Shown piece after piece: positions 47,094 to 59,900 of a DNA stretch of 64,000 nt (within the stretch, counting starts at the first letter, position 1; each line of letters opens with the position of its first letter). The notes under the pieces are model-generated. The model ran no database searches, was not told the origin of the DNA, and worked only from the letters and a program-made list of their open reading frames with translations. Both the position numbers and the translations under genes were made by a program. The DNA lies in assembly GCA_003427395.1 (NCBI GenBank), contig BFEA01000013.1, forward strand, positions 5,475,039 through 5,539,038, given 5' to 3'. Origin of the DNA: Chara braunii. Taxonomy: Eukaryota > Plantae > Charophyceae.

Positions 47094-50000
47094 TTAAGGT
47101 GGGCGGCCTTGCCATCAAACGCTGGGAGGTGCTCAGGACGAAACTCTGAGCATATATGCTGCTGCAGGCCTGAGGTGCAAGGTGGATGCATGGCGTGGAG
47201 TTAAGAGCTGACCATAGTGAGTTGGTGTTCAAGGTCAGTAATCTGTGTGGACCGAGGAGGGGGTGGGAGAGGGTGGACAGTAAGGGGGTAGTGAGGAAAG
47301 TGGTGGAGAGTCTGTCAAATGTTGTGGAGAATGCGGAAACAATGTGGAGAACATTGCCCATAGAGGAGGACGGCATGTCTATTGAGGATTGTGGTGAGGA
47401 GGAGCATACAAGGGTGGACTACCTGTGCTGCAACTGTGCAAGAAATGTGGAATACAAGTAAGAGCTTCTGGTTTTGTATTTGGGACCTTGCCTTGCCATG
47501 CACCTCGTCGACTTTTAATTTCTTTTTAGAATTTTCTGTTGCGTGTGCACCTCATGCAGCACAGCAGTCAAGTGCAGGCTGTGCTCCGACCGTTGTGTGC
47601 ATGAGCTCTTTCTGCTGTTTACATCCAGAATGGTGGTGACAAAGTTGCTGGTTGGATGGATGTGCAGCTTGGCTTGTGGAGGGATTGGCTGCATTCCTTA
47701 CAGACATCTTTGTTCGCCGGGCTTTTGGTGCCAATGAACTGGCGTATTGGCGGTATAAGGTAATTCTTCTGCTGTTCAATATCTCAAGATTGCTTTTGAT
47801 CGCTTTCCTTGTGAGCACTCTCAGGATGAGAGTCAATCTGAGCGTATTGTTCTTTTATTTTCTCCCGATCGAGAGATGATTCTGCAATCTTTGCTTTTCC
47901 GCATTACATAGGAAGTTTGCAGGGTTGGTCTGCTTTCCTTTTGGGTGATGTTTTGCATTCAGAGTCTTCAGAGAAGTTAAGACTGAATTATTATGTTTCT
48001 TTCGAGGCTACCAGAGTGGCCCGGGACCGCTTGTCCGGCTGGGCCATAAAAATTAAAAATAAAAATGAAAAAAATGTTTTCTTAACTTTTTAGCCTTAAG
48101 TGATTGCTGCTGAGCCGAAGGTTAGCGCTAATTCTGCGATCCGCCGCCTGCCAACTACCGGCCCCCACCCTTGGGCGAGTAGGATGGGAGAGCATCGCAC
48201 CAAACGCGGTAATAATCGAGACAGCTTTTTGTTTTTAATCTGGGCGGGAATCTCGAGAGGGCGCCACGCCTTCGGGCGTGGTGAGGAAAACACATAGCCA
48301 AGACAGCTCCATCATCACCACAGAAGAAGCGATCGAAAGACACGACAGCGAACTTCCAAAGAAGGGTGAAGATAAAGGCAGGGAGGACTGGGAAAGGACA
48401 GAACTCGCTGGAGAGCAAGACGGGAACCGGGGAAGAAAAGGAGAAAGTGGAGGGGAAGAGTGGCGAGAGAGGGAAAGCCCCAGTAAGGACAGAGCAGAAA
48501 TGGACAAGACTGACAAAAGAAGGGAACCATTACGTGGAGAAGCGTAGGAGTAAAGGCGAAGCAAGAGAAGGAAAGTACCCACACGCAGGACAACAGGGAG
48601 GACGCAAGGTGCGGAGAGGACAATAGAGGAACTAGTGGGCAGACAAATACGGAAGTGGCTCAAGCAAGCGAACCGACAGCGGAGAGGAGAATCGGGAAGA
48701 GAGTAGAAGGTGAGACCTACCCCGTTAACTCACCTCCAAAGCAGAGGGTGAGTTGCAACCGCACTACCTCGCCCGGTGTGGAGTATCGAGCTTTTTCTAC
48801 TGCCGCTTTCTTCCGCAGTAGTATTCACCTATTTGCTGAATGCGAACAAGGCACATATTACGAAGGGCACCATGGAGGCGAGCTTTAAGTAGTGTAGTCC
48901 AAGGCTGAGTTATCGAACCACGCATTCTCTTCGATTTTATGAGCGGAAGAGAAGCGATCATAGCAACAATCAGTGTCTCTGTCAAATCCAACCACGAAAA
49001 AGGCGTGGAGGGAAACCAAATTTTGGAAAACTTCCTTTTAAAGCAACGCGAACCTCAGTCCCATAGAATGCTTGAAGGGCTCATAATAGCTACATAGTAG
49101 CATAAACGACAAGGAGAGAGACGAGAAGGGAAAAGAGAAGGAAGCAGCAAAGGACGGGAATAAGGAGTCACAGCAGTAGGGAAACGGAGAGGGGTCTGCT
49201 CCACTAAAAAGAGGACAGAAAGAGTGCTTACTTCTTACTCCCACACTCTACCACATTCTCCCACACACAATCTTTCACATTAATCATCGGCCTCAAACTT
49301 TTATTACCTCCACTATTTTTAACTTCTTAAAAAATTATTTGGCATTAATATTCTTGAAATCAATCAGTTTTCTGCCATTACTATTTCATTACCTCCACTA
49401 TTTTTAACGTTATTACGGTCATCACTGCATTTATTCTACTGTCCTTGCTGCCACACTCCATTAACGGTAATTGCGAACCATCTCTGGGATTACTTTCACA
49501 TTCGTAGCCCCCTTTCTCATTACGTTTTTCAGATCTGGATCCTCCCCAAGCGGAGCAGTGGAAAATCCGTCACTTTTTTCCAACCCCTACTTGGCGACAG
49601 AAAATCCAGGCACCAAACGGGGTAGGGAAATGCTGACCGAATTTCTCTGATCCACATGTACCTAGACCCAATCCCAACTTCCCTCGTAAGTATAGCGGAA
49701 CCACGGCCCCTAGTGAAAGAAACACAGCCAAACTTCCCAACTGCTTACCCCAACTGCACCAAGCTCTCATCCCTCATCACGAATACAGAATCTTGCCAAC
49801 AAGGAACAGCCTCCGATCCCTTGCCACCCCATGATCATCTCTTCGATTTCCCAAACGGTTTCACGCCTACTACTTGTCATTTGCGAGTGTTTCGTCATGA
49901 CTATATTTCCCTTCTGTGGAGACAAATCCGGACCCCAAGCGAGGTATGGAAAAGCTGGTCGAATTTTCCACAAACACCCAGAACAGAACCCCACTTGCTC

Positions 50001-51254
50001 CGTTGGAACAGCTAACCCGGCCCCAAGAGAAACAGGAAATCCCCACCAACTGCACCAAGCTCTCATCCCCCAACATGTTTACAGAGTGTTGGCCAGCATG
50101 AAGCAACTCTCCAGCCCCTATTGCCCCACGAGCATTTCAGTATCCTTTGCAATTGACTTCAAGCCAAATACAAGTCAATGCACGTACAAGAAGCATGGAG
50201 TATCCTCAGACAACATGTGGAAACGGAATACTAAGTTTTATGGCGCAAAACCAAGAGGAAAATGACATCAAATGCGCCTAAAGCCAAAGAAATCCAAAGC
50301 AAATCCGAGGATAATTACCTTGCCAAAGGCAAGATAGCAACCGTCAAAGGCCAGGGCCTAATCTTTACAATGTGGAATGACACAACACAAACCACTAATT
50401 CAGACCCAGGACCATCATTTAGCCCACCAGATTCCTTGAGCACCCGGATCAATTCCTGCTAAAGCACCACAGGTTTCCATACCAAAGGCACACAACAAGC
50501 ATTCGACTTTTCCTCGCCTCTATCTAGACCAAACATCCCCCCTCAACAACTTAGCCTCCTATGACAACACATACAGGTTTTACCAACAGAATGCATGCCA
50601 AGCATTAAACCCACACTGACCCAATCCCCAATATAAGGAACCACACAGCCCTAACCCCCCTTAATCCTCCCCAGACCTGTCTCTTCCCTCCGACACGCGA
50701 CTAACCCCATCACCCCCACACAAACCACCCTGAGCCCAACCCACCTCACCCATGAATCTACACACCCGACCTCATCTACCATCCAACCCCACAAGGGCCA
50801 CAACCTAGACCTACAAACACCCATCAGTCCTTTCTCAAGCTATTTAAACAATACTAGCCACACCATATAAACAGCTCCCCGCCTCCCCCCCAAAAAAAAA
50901 GAAAAAAAAAACTTTTCTATCAAGAATAACTCAGGTTATGAGATATAGGCCATAAGAAGGGCTTACAAGTAAAGGTGAACAAGACAGCTAAAACAGCTAG
51001 GTTTTAAGTTTTAGTACCAGGTAAATTTTATAGAAGAGGAAGGACAAAACAGAGAGGATAGAAGTTAAGCATATTCTTAGGCAATACTAACTAGACTGGA
51101 AAGTGTTTAGGGTTTATCATGTCCTAAACATGAGGACCACATCTACATTTCTCGTATTTGACGTGTATCCGACAGTCTTAAGAACTGAGAGGAACAAGTT
51201 AGATGCGACCTCCCGTAAGCAAGTCTACAGGGTCCACAGGTCTGGTTTCATTTC

Positions 51255-51465
51255 CATGTCTTGGGATCAAAATAAAAGTATTCATGCTAACTTAGGCAGG
51301 GGTGAGGGGTGGTAAATCCTTCTAACAAGAGGTAATCAATGCCGTCCCTCGGGCTTCGTTTTCATGTCTTGGGATCAAAATAAAAGTATTCGTGCTAACT
51401 TAGGCAGGGGTTAGGGGTGGTAAATCCTTCTAACAAGAAGTAATCGATGCCATCCCTCGGGCTTT
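51255..51465. repeat. 108-bp tandem duplication
   Basis: CATGTCTTGGGATCAAAATAAAAG...CCCTCGGGCTT starts at 51255 and 51363, with a few substitutions. Confidence 0.9.
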
Positions 51466-51910
51466 CCTACCTTAAAGGGGAAGAGCGTGTGCGAGTCCTG
51501 TATGTATTTCCTATGGCTTGCCGGTGGAATAGGAACCGGACTGATGCTCCCCACAATGGAAAAGGAGCCAGAACCATATGGTTCTATTTACCAAAAAAAA
51601 AAAAGAAAAAAAAAAAGAAAAAGAAAAGAAAAAAAAAAGAGAAAAAAAAAATGAAAAGATAGCACTCGGCAACGCATTCAACATGGAACAGACAATGTAC
51701 AAAAATCAATCAGATCATCAGCGGAGTACACAGCATGGGCAAGGAAGCAGAAAAAGCTTACCTGGAAAACCTGCAATCGAGAACTGAGATGGAAGGGAAG
51801 GGCAAAATCAAAGGGAGAGGAGACTCAGGGCACATGAAAAGGAAATCCAGAAACGACGAAGAAGAGAATCACAGACAACACCTGACTCAAAGAAAAGCGA
51901 AGAGGAAAAT

Positions 51911-52623
51911 TGTTACATGCTGCGCCTGCAACAGGCTGCACGGGCCACTTTCAGGCCCGTGACGTTTTCAGGCCAAAAGCCTGAAAACAAGGGCCTATAG
52001 GCCCTGTGTCGTTTCAGCCTGAAAGCCTGAAAACAAGGGCCTACAGGCCCTGTATCGTTTCAGCCTAAATCAGGGCCTTTCCGGCCCTGAGTCTTTTCAG
52101 CCTGAAACTGAGGGCCATTTTCAGGCCCTCATCAGATCGACCCGCCCTGAAACTCAGGCACCAAACCAGGGTTTTAGCGCAGGCTATTTTGGGCCTGTTT
52201 TCAAGACAACCCCTGGTTGAGCTTCAATGCCAGGGTCTGGCACGTTTCGGCATTGGCAAGAGCAGCCTCCTGGACGGGCCAGCACTATATAGGACTGGCC
52301 CGCCCTTCAGCCTGGTAGGTAGTTCCTAGGTACTTCCCGGGCACTTCACGTGCAGTTCAGGAGGCAGGAGGTAGGCTTCAGGATTCGGCAGCAGCACTCT
52401 GGAGGAGCGCTGCAGGAGTAGTTGTAGCACTAGCAGTAGTCTTCAGCGCTGGGCGCTAGTAGCGTTAGCAGTAGTCTTCAGCGCTGGGCTCCATAGGAGC
52501 TAGAGCAGCACTAGAGAGAGAGAGATTGGGCGGAGGCCAGGGAGACTTACTTGCAGTGCCATAGCTCCAGCTTCGTCTTCGAGGTACCTGCAGCACAGCG
52601 CCAGCTTCACAGGTTAGTACCTG

Positions 52624-52702
<79 letters not shown>

Positions 52703-53286
52703 CTTCTTCTTCCTCTTCTCAGTCCACCATCTCCCTCTCACCCTCTCGCTATCTGACTTCACTGCATCAGCAGACTACGAGAGAGAGAGAGAGCTTGGTG
52801 ACATTTGGATCCAGACTCGATGTTGGGCTTCAGACATTTTGATGCGGGATTATTTGGGACTTGTAACAAAGACTTGGTGTTGACGACTTTCCCATCCACC
52901 CCCTCCTCTTCTTCGTCTGTTCCCATCCTCTTCGTCTGTGCATGATCAGGACCTGGCGCATTCTTCCTGTGTGTAGCGCCAGGCCTCCTTCACACCTCGT
53001 GATGAAGATGATGTATGTGTAGTCTGCATTGCAACATTGATTGGGCTCGTCATTGGTATTCTAGCATTCTGCTGCCCTATCTTGTACTACATGAGAGAGG
53101 TCAGTCCCGGTCAGGTCAGGACTTGTATCTAAGTCTTCCTCTGCGCTACAAAGCATCGTCTTTGTATGTATCAGAATGTACATTGCTTGTTGAGATTCTA
53201 CTTGCACTGCATTGTCCATTCGGTCCTTTTCATCACACTGCGGATCCTCGGTTATATATGTACATCGCCCAACTGGGCATGTAACA
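51911..53286 (+). repeat. 5' LTR (~1.38 kb)
   Basis: It has perfect 10-bp terminal inverted repeats TGTTACATGC...GCATGTAACA, is followed by a PBS, and contains (GT)n(GA)n. Confidence 0.9.
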
Positions 53287-53288
53287 GT

Positions 53289-53300
53289 TGGTATCGGAAC
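53289..53300 (+). other. Primer-binding site, tRNA-iMet type
   Basis: TGGTATCGGAAC matches canonical TGGTATCAGAGC at 10/12 and lies 2 bp after the LTR. Confidence 0.8.
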
Positions 53301-56300
53301 ACCGCACGCGAATCAGGACAACCTGATCTGACACGTGTGCGGGGACTAGGTAGCTGATTAGTCTTGATTGATTGATTAGAGCACACTAGTTAGCCCCCAA
53401 AATCACGATTTTGACCTCACTGCCAAAAAAAAATTTCGTTGTTGAAAATCACAATAGCGCAACACTTGAAATTTCCGTTGTTGAAAATCACAATAGCGCA
53501 ACACTTGGATTTTGTTTTCCCGCTATTTCTGTTGTGGAAAATCACAATAGCGCAACACTTGAAATTTCCGTTTTCGTTTTTCTTATGAAAATTCGAAATT
53601 TCGTTGTTGGAAAATCCGGAATATTCTTTTTTTCGGAAATTTTGATTTCCTTTTGCAATTTCCTGTTATTTGGAAAATCCAGAATATTTTTTTTCTGAAA
53701 TTCGTTTTATTTTTAAAACGGTACGTGAAATCCCTCTTGCATTTAACATTCTCCAAACTGCGCGTATTCTCATCTGAGTAATTCCGAATATTTTGTTCTA
53801 TTTTACTTTCGGAATTCTTATCGGACAATCATTTGCAGTCTGAAAGTTCGAATTTTTTCCTCGGGGTAATTTCACACTTCAGGGGGAATTGGGAGGCCTA
53901 CTGAACTTGCAAACGAGTATGTTTTTCTTTTTCTCGAAATTTTTTGCAATGTTCAAACTTTTCTTTTTGATTAGTGGCTCCTTATCTGGGCGATTTATCC
54001 CACCCACCCCTCCCCACCTACGTTGTTGCCCCCTCTGGTCTTATCTTCTCTATCTGTCTCCTGGTACACCGTGCGGCAGCATTGATTGGATTCTCGAGTA
54101 CGAACGCGTGACATCCGTCCCAGACCTTTAAATGGGCTTCAAGGCCGTCAAACACTACTTCATCTCGAGGTCGTGTCCGACGTTGGGCAATGCCTTGACT
54201 CACGTCGAGGACACCCTGACGACAACGGCGGAGCTCTTTGACAAGGCTGCACAGATTATTGTCACGAACAAGGAGGCCAAGAACCTCCACCGTTCGTCTG
54301 CGACAGGCCTGAGCAGAGATCAGCATCGACCGGAAGTGGCCGTGGTCGCGACGGCAACGCCAAGCGACCAATCTAGCGAGGGCGTGTCTGCCAATGAAGG
54401 GGACTGACTCGCAGCCGCCTGGAATGGTGGCCGCCTCGGCAAAGGCCGAGGACGAGGCAAGACGAAGACAAACACCGCATCTAGCCTCGGGCCCGGCGCA
54501 GCAGCTCCAGCCCCATGGTCCCATTACGGTATCTCCAAATAGGCGTACAAGGCACGCACGAGATTCCACTATTGTCTATGGCGCAATAGCGATCTCCACG
54601 AGACAGTGGGCTGCCCGTCGAAAGGCAAAGGCAAATCGGGAAACTGAGCACCGCTGGGAGTGCCTCGATGACACTCTCGACGCCTTCCGAACCGCTCGCT
54701 TCGCGGGTGACTGCCCTTCGTTCCGAGGCACATGTGGAAGTCGATAGTCCTCCTTTTCTATATTCTTATGAGGACTATGCTGCCCGACTCGTTCCTACGC
54801 TGGGTACTCATGCTTAAGGACAAGATGTGTGTGCCGCATCTTCTCCGTCCGGCAGCGGTGACTTATCGTCTTCAAGTGGTTCTTCACGGGATTCGGCGAG
54901 TGAGTTCAACATAGAGGTATTGGACCTGCTCACGTTCGAGGATTTCGCATGGCTTCCTCTCCCGACCATGGGCCGATTGTGGGGACCGCAATGCACAGCA
55001 TTATGTGCTCATCTTCACACATACTTATCCTTCTATGCACCACCAACTTCGCCGACGGATGACGAAGTCGCGGTGGGGGACATCCTTGCGTATGTTACCA
55101 AGGTGGCCCGCGAGTTTCGCAATCAGCGGTACGATGACAACAACGCACCGCTCCTCTATGTCCGCATCCAAGTTGGGCAAGCGTCCTGCAACGCTTTGCT
55201 GAATAGCGGCGCGTCTCGCAATTTTATGAGCCAAGCCTTTATGCAAAGGACTGGCTTTGGCACGCAAGTACGGAGGAAGGCAAACCCAACGGCGATCAAG
55301 TTGGCGGACGGAAGGACGCAGCAACTTATTGACCGCTACATCGAGGTCGTACCGGTGTATTTCGCACCTCATGCATGCGAACCAGTGACGTTCGAGACAC
55401 GGACTTCGATATTAGTTTGGCAATGCCTTGGCTTGCAAGTGCAAATCACACGGTCAACTTCCCCCGGCTGACTCTTACCGTTCGCGACGCTTTCGGGGAC
55501 GATGTGTCGTGTATTATTCCTCTTTCGCACCCTTCGATCTGATGCCAAGCGGTGACGGCCAAGTCATTCCGAGCTACTTGTGCTTACGAGCGGCCCGACG
55601 AAATCGGCCTATGCTTCCTACGGACCGTCGCGGTAGCCAACTCTTCACCCACGGACTTGTCTCCGGACCCCCGTGTGGTGCGGTTGCTTGACGAGTTCGC
55701 CGACATCCTCGAGTCACCTACCGTTGTGGTGCCGGATCGGTCGATCTCTCACGGAATCATTCTTGAGGCCGGTGTCGTGCCCCGCCGAAAGGTTGCATTT
55801 ATCGCATGAGCAAGGAGGAGTTTACGGTCCTCCGCACACAACTCGATGACTTGTTGGACAAGGGCTGGATCCGTTCTAGTAGCTCTCCATATGCAGCACC
55901 AGTTCTCTTCGTACGGAAGAAGAACAAGGATCTACGTGTGTGCATCAACTACCACGCAAACCATCAAGAATGTGGGGCCTCTTCCTCGTATCGACGATCT
56001 TCTTGAGTGATTGGGTGGCGCGAAGTATTTTTCTAAGTTGGATTTGAAGACGCGGTATGGGCATTTTGAGTGGTGGTCATGCCTTTTGGCCTCACCAACG
56101 CCCCGACGACCTTTCAAGCGGCAATGACCAACGAGCTATGTGCGATGTTGGACCGGTTCGTGATGGTCTACTTAGACGATATTCTCGTCTATAGCCGGAC
56201 ATTGGAGGATCATCTTGGGCACCTTCGACGAGTGTTGGAGACGCTCCGCCGCGCCAAGTACAAGTCCAACTGCGACAAGTGTGAATGTGTCCTGCAAGAG

Positions 56301-56937
56301 CTAGAATACTTAGGCCATTTTGTCACACCGGAGGGCATCAATCCGTTGTCGGACAAGATTCAAGCCATCCAAGAGTGGCCGGAACCACGGAACGTCACGG
56401 ATGTCCGTTCGTTCCTTGGCCTTGCGAGCTGCTACCAACGTTTCATCAAGGGATACTCAAAGATCGCGACCCACTTGACCAAGCTTCAATGCGAGGTTTG
56501 ACCGTTTGACTTCGGAGAGGATGCGCGGGAATCATTTTTGGCTCTCAAAGCCAAAAATGCAGAGGTCTTGTGCATATACGACCCGCTTTTGCCTACGCGC
56601 GTCACTATGGATGCGCCCGACTATGGCATTGGTGTCGTCCTCGAACAACACGATGGCGTGGACTGGCACCTGGTTGCCCGTCGTGCACTCCATTGATGAT
56701 GCACACAAGAAGGAGCTCCTCGCCTTCGTCCACGTGCTCAAGCGGTGGCGACACTTCCTCCTTGGTCGAAGTCAATTCCAATGGGTAACGGACAACAATC
56801 CGTTGGTCTTCTACAAGATCCAAGACATCGTCAATAGCACCATTGCCCGTTGGATGGCTCTCATCGACCAATTCGACTTCTTTCCGGATCACATTCTGGG
56901 GAAGTCAAACCATTTTGCAGATGCTCTTTCACGGTGT

Positions 56938-59900
56938 CAGGATCCTACTAATGCCTCGTCATTGATCGTGAGCATCCCGATGACCTGCTTCCAACGGACA
57001 AGCCAGACCAAGACCCTCCTTCCGACCCACGCATCACTTCCCTCCTCACGGAGCTCAAGAACGTCTTTCCTGAGTCTTTGCCCGTCGGTCTACCTCCCGA
57101 TCGTGCATCTGTCACACCATCGATCTAGAACCCGACCACACTCCCCGTGTCGGCCACCATACCAACTCTCCGTCCCTGAGGCCGAGGAAATGAAGCTGCA
57201 ACTTAATGAACTCCTTGAAAAAGGATTCTTTAAGCCTAGCTTATCACCCTTCGGAACCAGTTATCTCTCCGTCAAGAAAAACGGCACCTCTGAACTCCGC
57301 ATGTGCAAAGACTACAGCGCCTTGAACTAGATCATGATCAAGAACAAGTATCCACTACCCCGCATCTCCGAACTTCTTGATCGCCTCAATGGAGCCAAAT
57401 ATTTCACCAAGATTGACCTCCGCAGTGGTTTCCACCTGGTCCGCATTCACGAAGAAGTTACTCATAAGGCTGCCTTCCGCTCTCACTTCGGGCACTACAA
57501 GTTCCTTGTGATGCCTTTTGGCCTCACAAATGCCCCAACAAATTTCCAGTCTACTATGAATCACATCTTTCATTTTCTCGAAGTTTGTGTCGTCGTCTAT
57601 GTTGACGATATCCTGGTCTTCAGTCCCACCTTCAAAACCGACCTTCAGCACATCCGCCAGGTCCTCTCTATCCTCAGAGACAAAAGTTCTATGCCAAGCT
57701 CAGCAAATGCATTTTTGTTGCCTCAAGCGTAGAATACTTTGGCCACATCGTCTCGACTGATGGTATCTTGGTCTTCCCAACTACTACCGCCCCTTCATCC
57801 GTGACTTCTCTAAAATCTCCTACCCCCTCCACGAGCTCACTCTCAAAAACGAGCCTTTTGCATGGAATGAACATCGTCAAGCCGCCTTCAACCGCCTCAA
57901 ACGAGTCATTACCACCGCCCTTGTCCTCAAGATTGCTGACCCGTCTCGACACTTTTATCTTACCACCGATGCCTCAGACTTTGCTCTTGGAGCCGTCTTG
58001 TCCCAACACTTCCCTCGCGACACCCCTCCATCAAGGATTCCCCCACTAACTTCGGGGCTCCACCCGACAAGTATCCTATCGCATTTGCGAGCAAGAAACT
58101 CATCCACGAGGAGATGAACTATCCCTCCAATGAGAAGGAACTCGCCGTCATCCATGCCCTCAAAGTCGGGCGCCCATACCTCGACGGTCAGCACTTCACT
58201 ATCCGCACCGACAACATCGTCTCAAGCATACTCACCAAGAAAGATATCAGACCCCGCCAAACTCGATGATTAGACTTTCTCACCCAGTTACATTTACCAT
58301 CTGTCACACCCCTGGCAAAAGCAACCATGTCGCTGATGTCCACTCTCGACTATATCATTAGAAGCCCCCTGAGAAAGTATGTGCTGCCATGACCCATGTT
58401 CAACACCTACCTTCACTCCACCACCGCCACACTCACGAGTACTCTTCATGCCCCAATTTCTCTACCATCTACAGCGAGCTTCATGACCTCGACACCGTCC
58501 TCGACTACTCCCTCCACCACAACCTCTTGTACATTAACACTAAATGCACTTGGTGACTCTGTATCCCTACGCACGTGGTCTCCGTACCCAACTCTTGGTC
58601 GAACACCACGACGCCAAGACCGCAGCACACCTTAGTTTCGAGAAAACATTCGACACCATCTCTCACTGCTTCTACTGGCCCTCACTCCTCGCCAACATCA
58701 AAGCATACATCCACTCATGCCCCACTTGTCAAGCAATCAACCCCTCAAACCAGGCCAAGCCTGGTAAGCTCTAGTCATTGCCTATCCTCACCCATCCGTG
58801 GTAGTCCATCTCTATGGATTTCGCGTGCGGTCTCCCCAAGATCGACCGCGGCTATGACTGCATCTATTTCATTGTCTGCCGCTTGGCCAACCGGGCCCAA
58901 CTCTTGGTCGAACACCACGACGCCAAGACCGCAGCACACCTTGGTTTCGATAAAACATTCGACACCATCTCTCACTGCTTCTATTGGCCCTCACTCCTCG
59001 CCGACGTCAAAGCATACATCCACTCATGCCCCACTTGTCAAGCAATCAACCCCTCAAACCAGGCCAAGCCTGGTAAGCTCTAGTCATTGTCTATCCTCAC
59101 CCATCCGTGGTAGTCCATCTCTATGGATGTCGCGTGCGGTCTCCCCAAGATCGACCGCGGCTATGACTGCATCTATTTCATTGTGTGCCGCTTGACCAAC
59201 CGAGCCCATTTCATCCCTTGCACCACTTNNNNNNNNNNNNNNNNNNNNNNNNNNNNNNNNNNNNNNNNNNNNNNNNNNNNNNNNNNNNNNNNNNNNNNNN
59301 NNNNNNNNNNNNNNNNNNNNNNNNNNNNNNNNNNNNNNNNNNNNNNNNNNNNNNNNNNNNNNNNNNNNNNNNNNNNNNNNNNNNNNNNNNNNNNNNNNNN
59401 NNNGCGGCTATGACTGCATCTATTTCATTGTGTGCCGCTTGACCAACCGAGCCCATTTCATCCCTTGCACCACTTCTCACAATGCCAAAGACGTCGCCAG
59501 ACTCTTCTTCGACCATGTCGCACGCTATCACGGTCTCTCCGAAAACATCATCAATGACCGTGATCCTCGCTTCCTTTCCCAATTCTGGATAAACCTGTTC
59601 GAAGCCTACGACACCACCCTCAAGTACAACACTGCATTCCATCCCCTGATAGATGGCCAGACCGAAAAGATGAATGATACTCTCCAAAGGATCCTGCGAA
59701 AGTATTGTCTAGCACGACTAGGATCAATTGCTCACCACCGCCGAGATTGCCTACAACAACGTTGTCTGCCCTTCCCCTCGTATGTCCCCATACGACCTTG
59801 ACCTTGGCTACCATCCCCGCTTGCCCTCAAACTTCTTGCTCCCCTTGCAGCTCAACCATTTTCTCCCTGTCCTTCTCTCTATGAATGGGTTGCAACAATG

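Larger units (their letters stand above)
44640..47500 (-). pseudogene. Gag remnant split by two TTAA-flanked insertions
   Basis: Joining across TTAA gives RPEHLPAFDGKAAHLKDWLTECDKILSLH, a Gag-like P-x-F-x-G...WL motif. Outer limits are approximate. Confidence 0.6.
51911..56937 (+). mobile_element. Decayed Gypsy element (LTR, PBS, gag remnant, protease, RT, RNase H), truncated before integrase
   Basis: PR reads PLLYVRIQVGQASCNALLNSGASRNF (54827..55471), RT reads [14 protein letters not shown]...VYLDDILVYS (56070..56501), and RNase H reads KELLAFVH...FADALSR. A 35-bp tandem repeat lies in the leader (53430-53570). Confidence 0.92.

Noticed and set aside
49450-50911. LINE 3' end with poly(A) at ~50892
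   Set aside because: The A-tract and an internal duplication are visible, but I could not identify an RT, endonuclease or zinc-finger motif, or a TSD.
58590-59470. Biological triplication of an integrase segment (~309 bp)
   Set aside because: The near-identical copies directly abut an N gap, which is typical of a gap-filling artefact.
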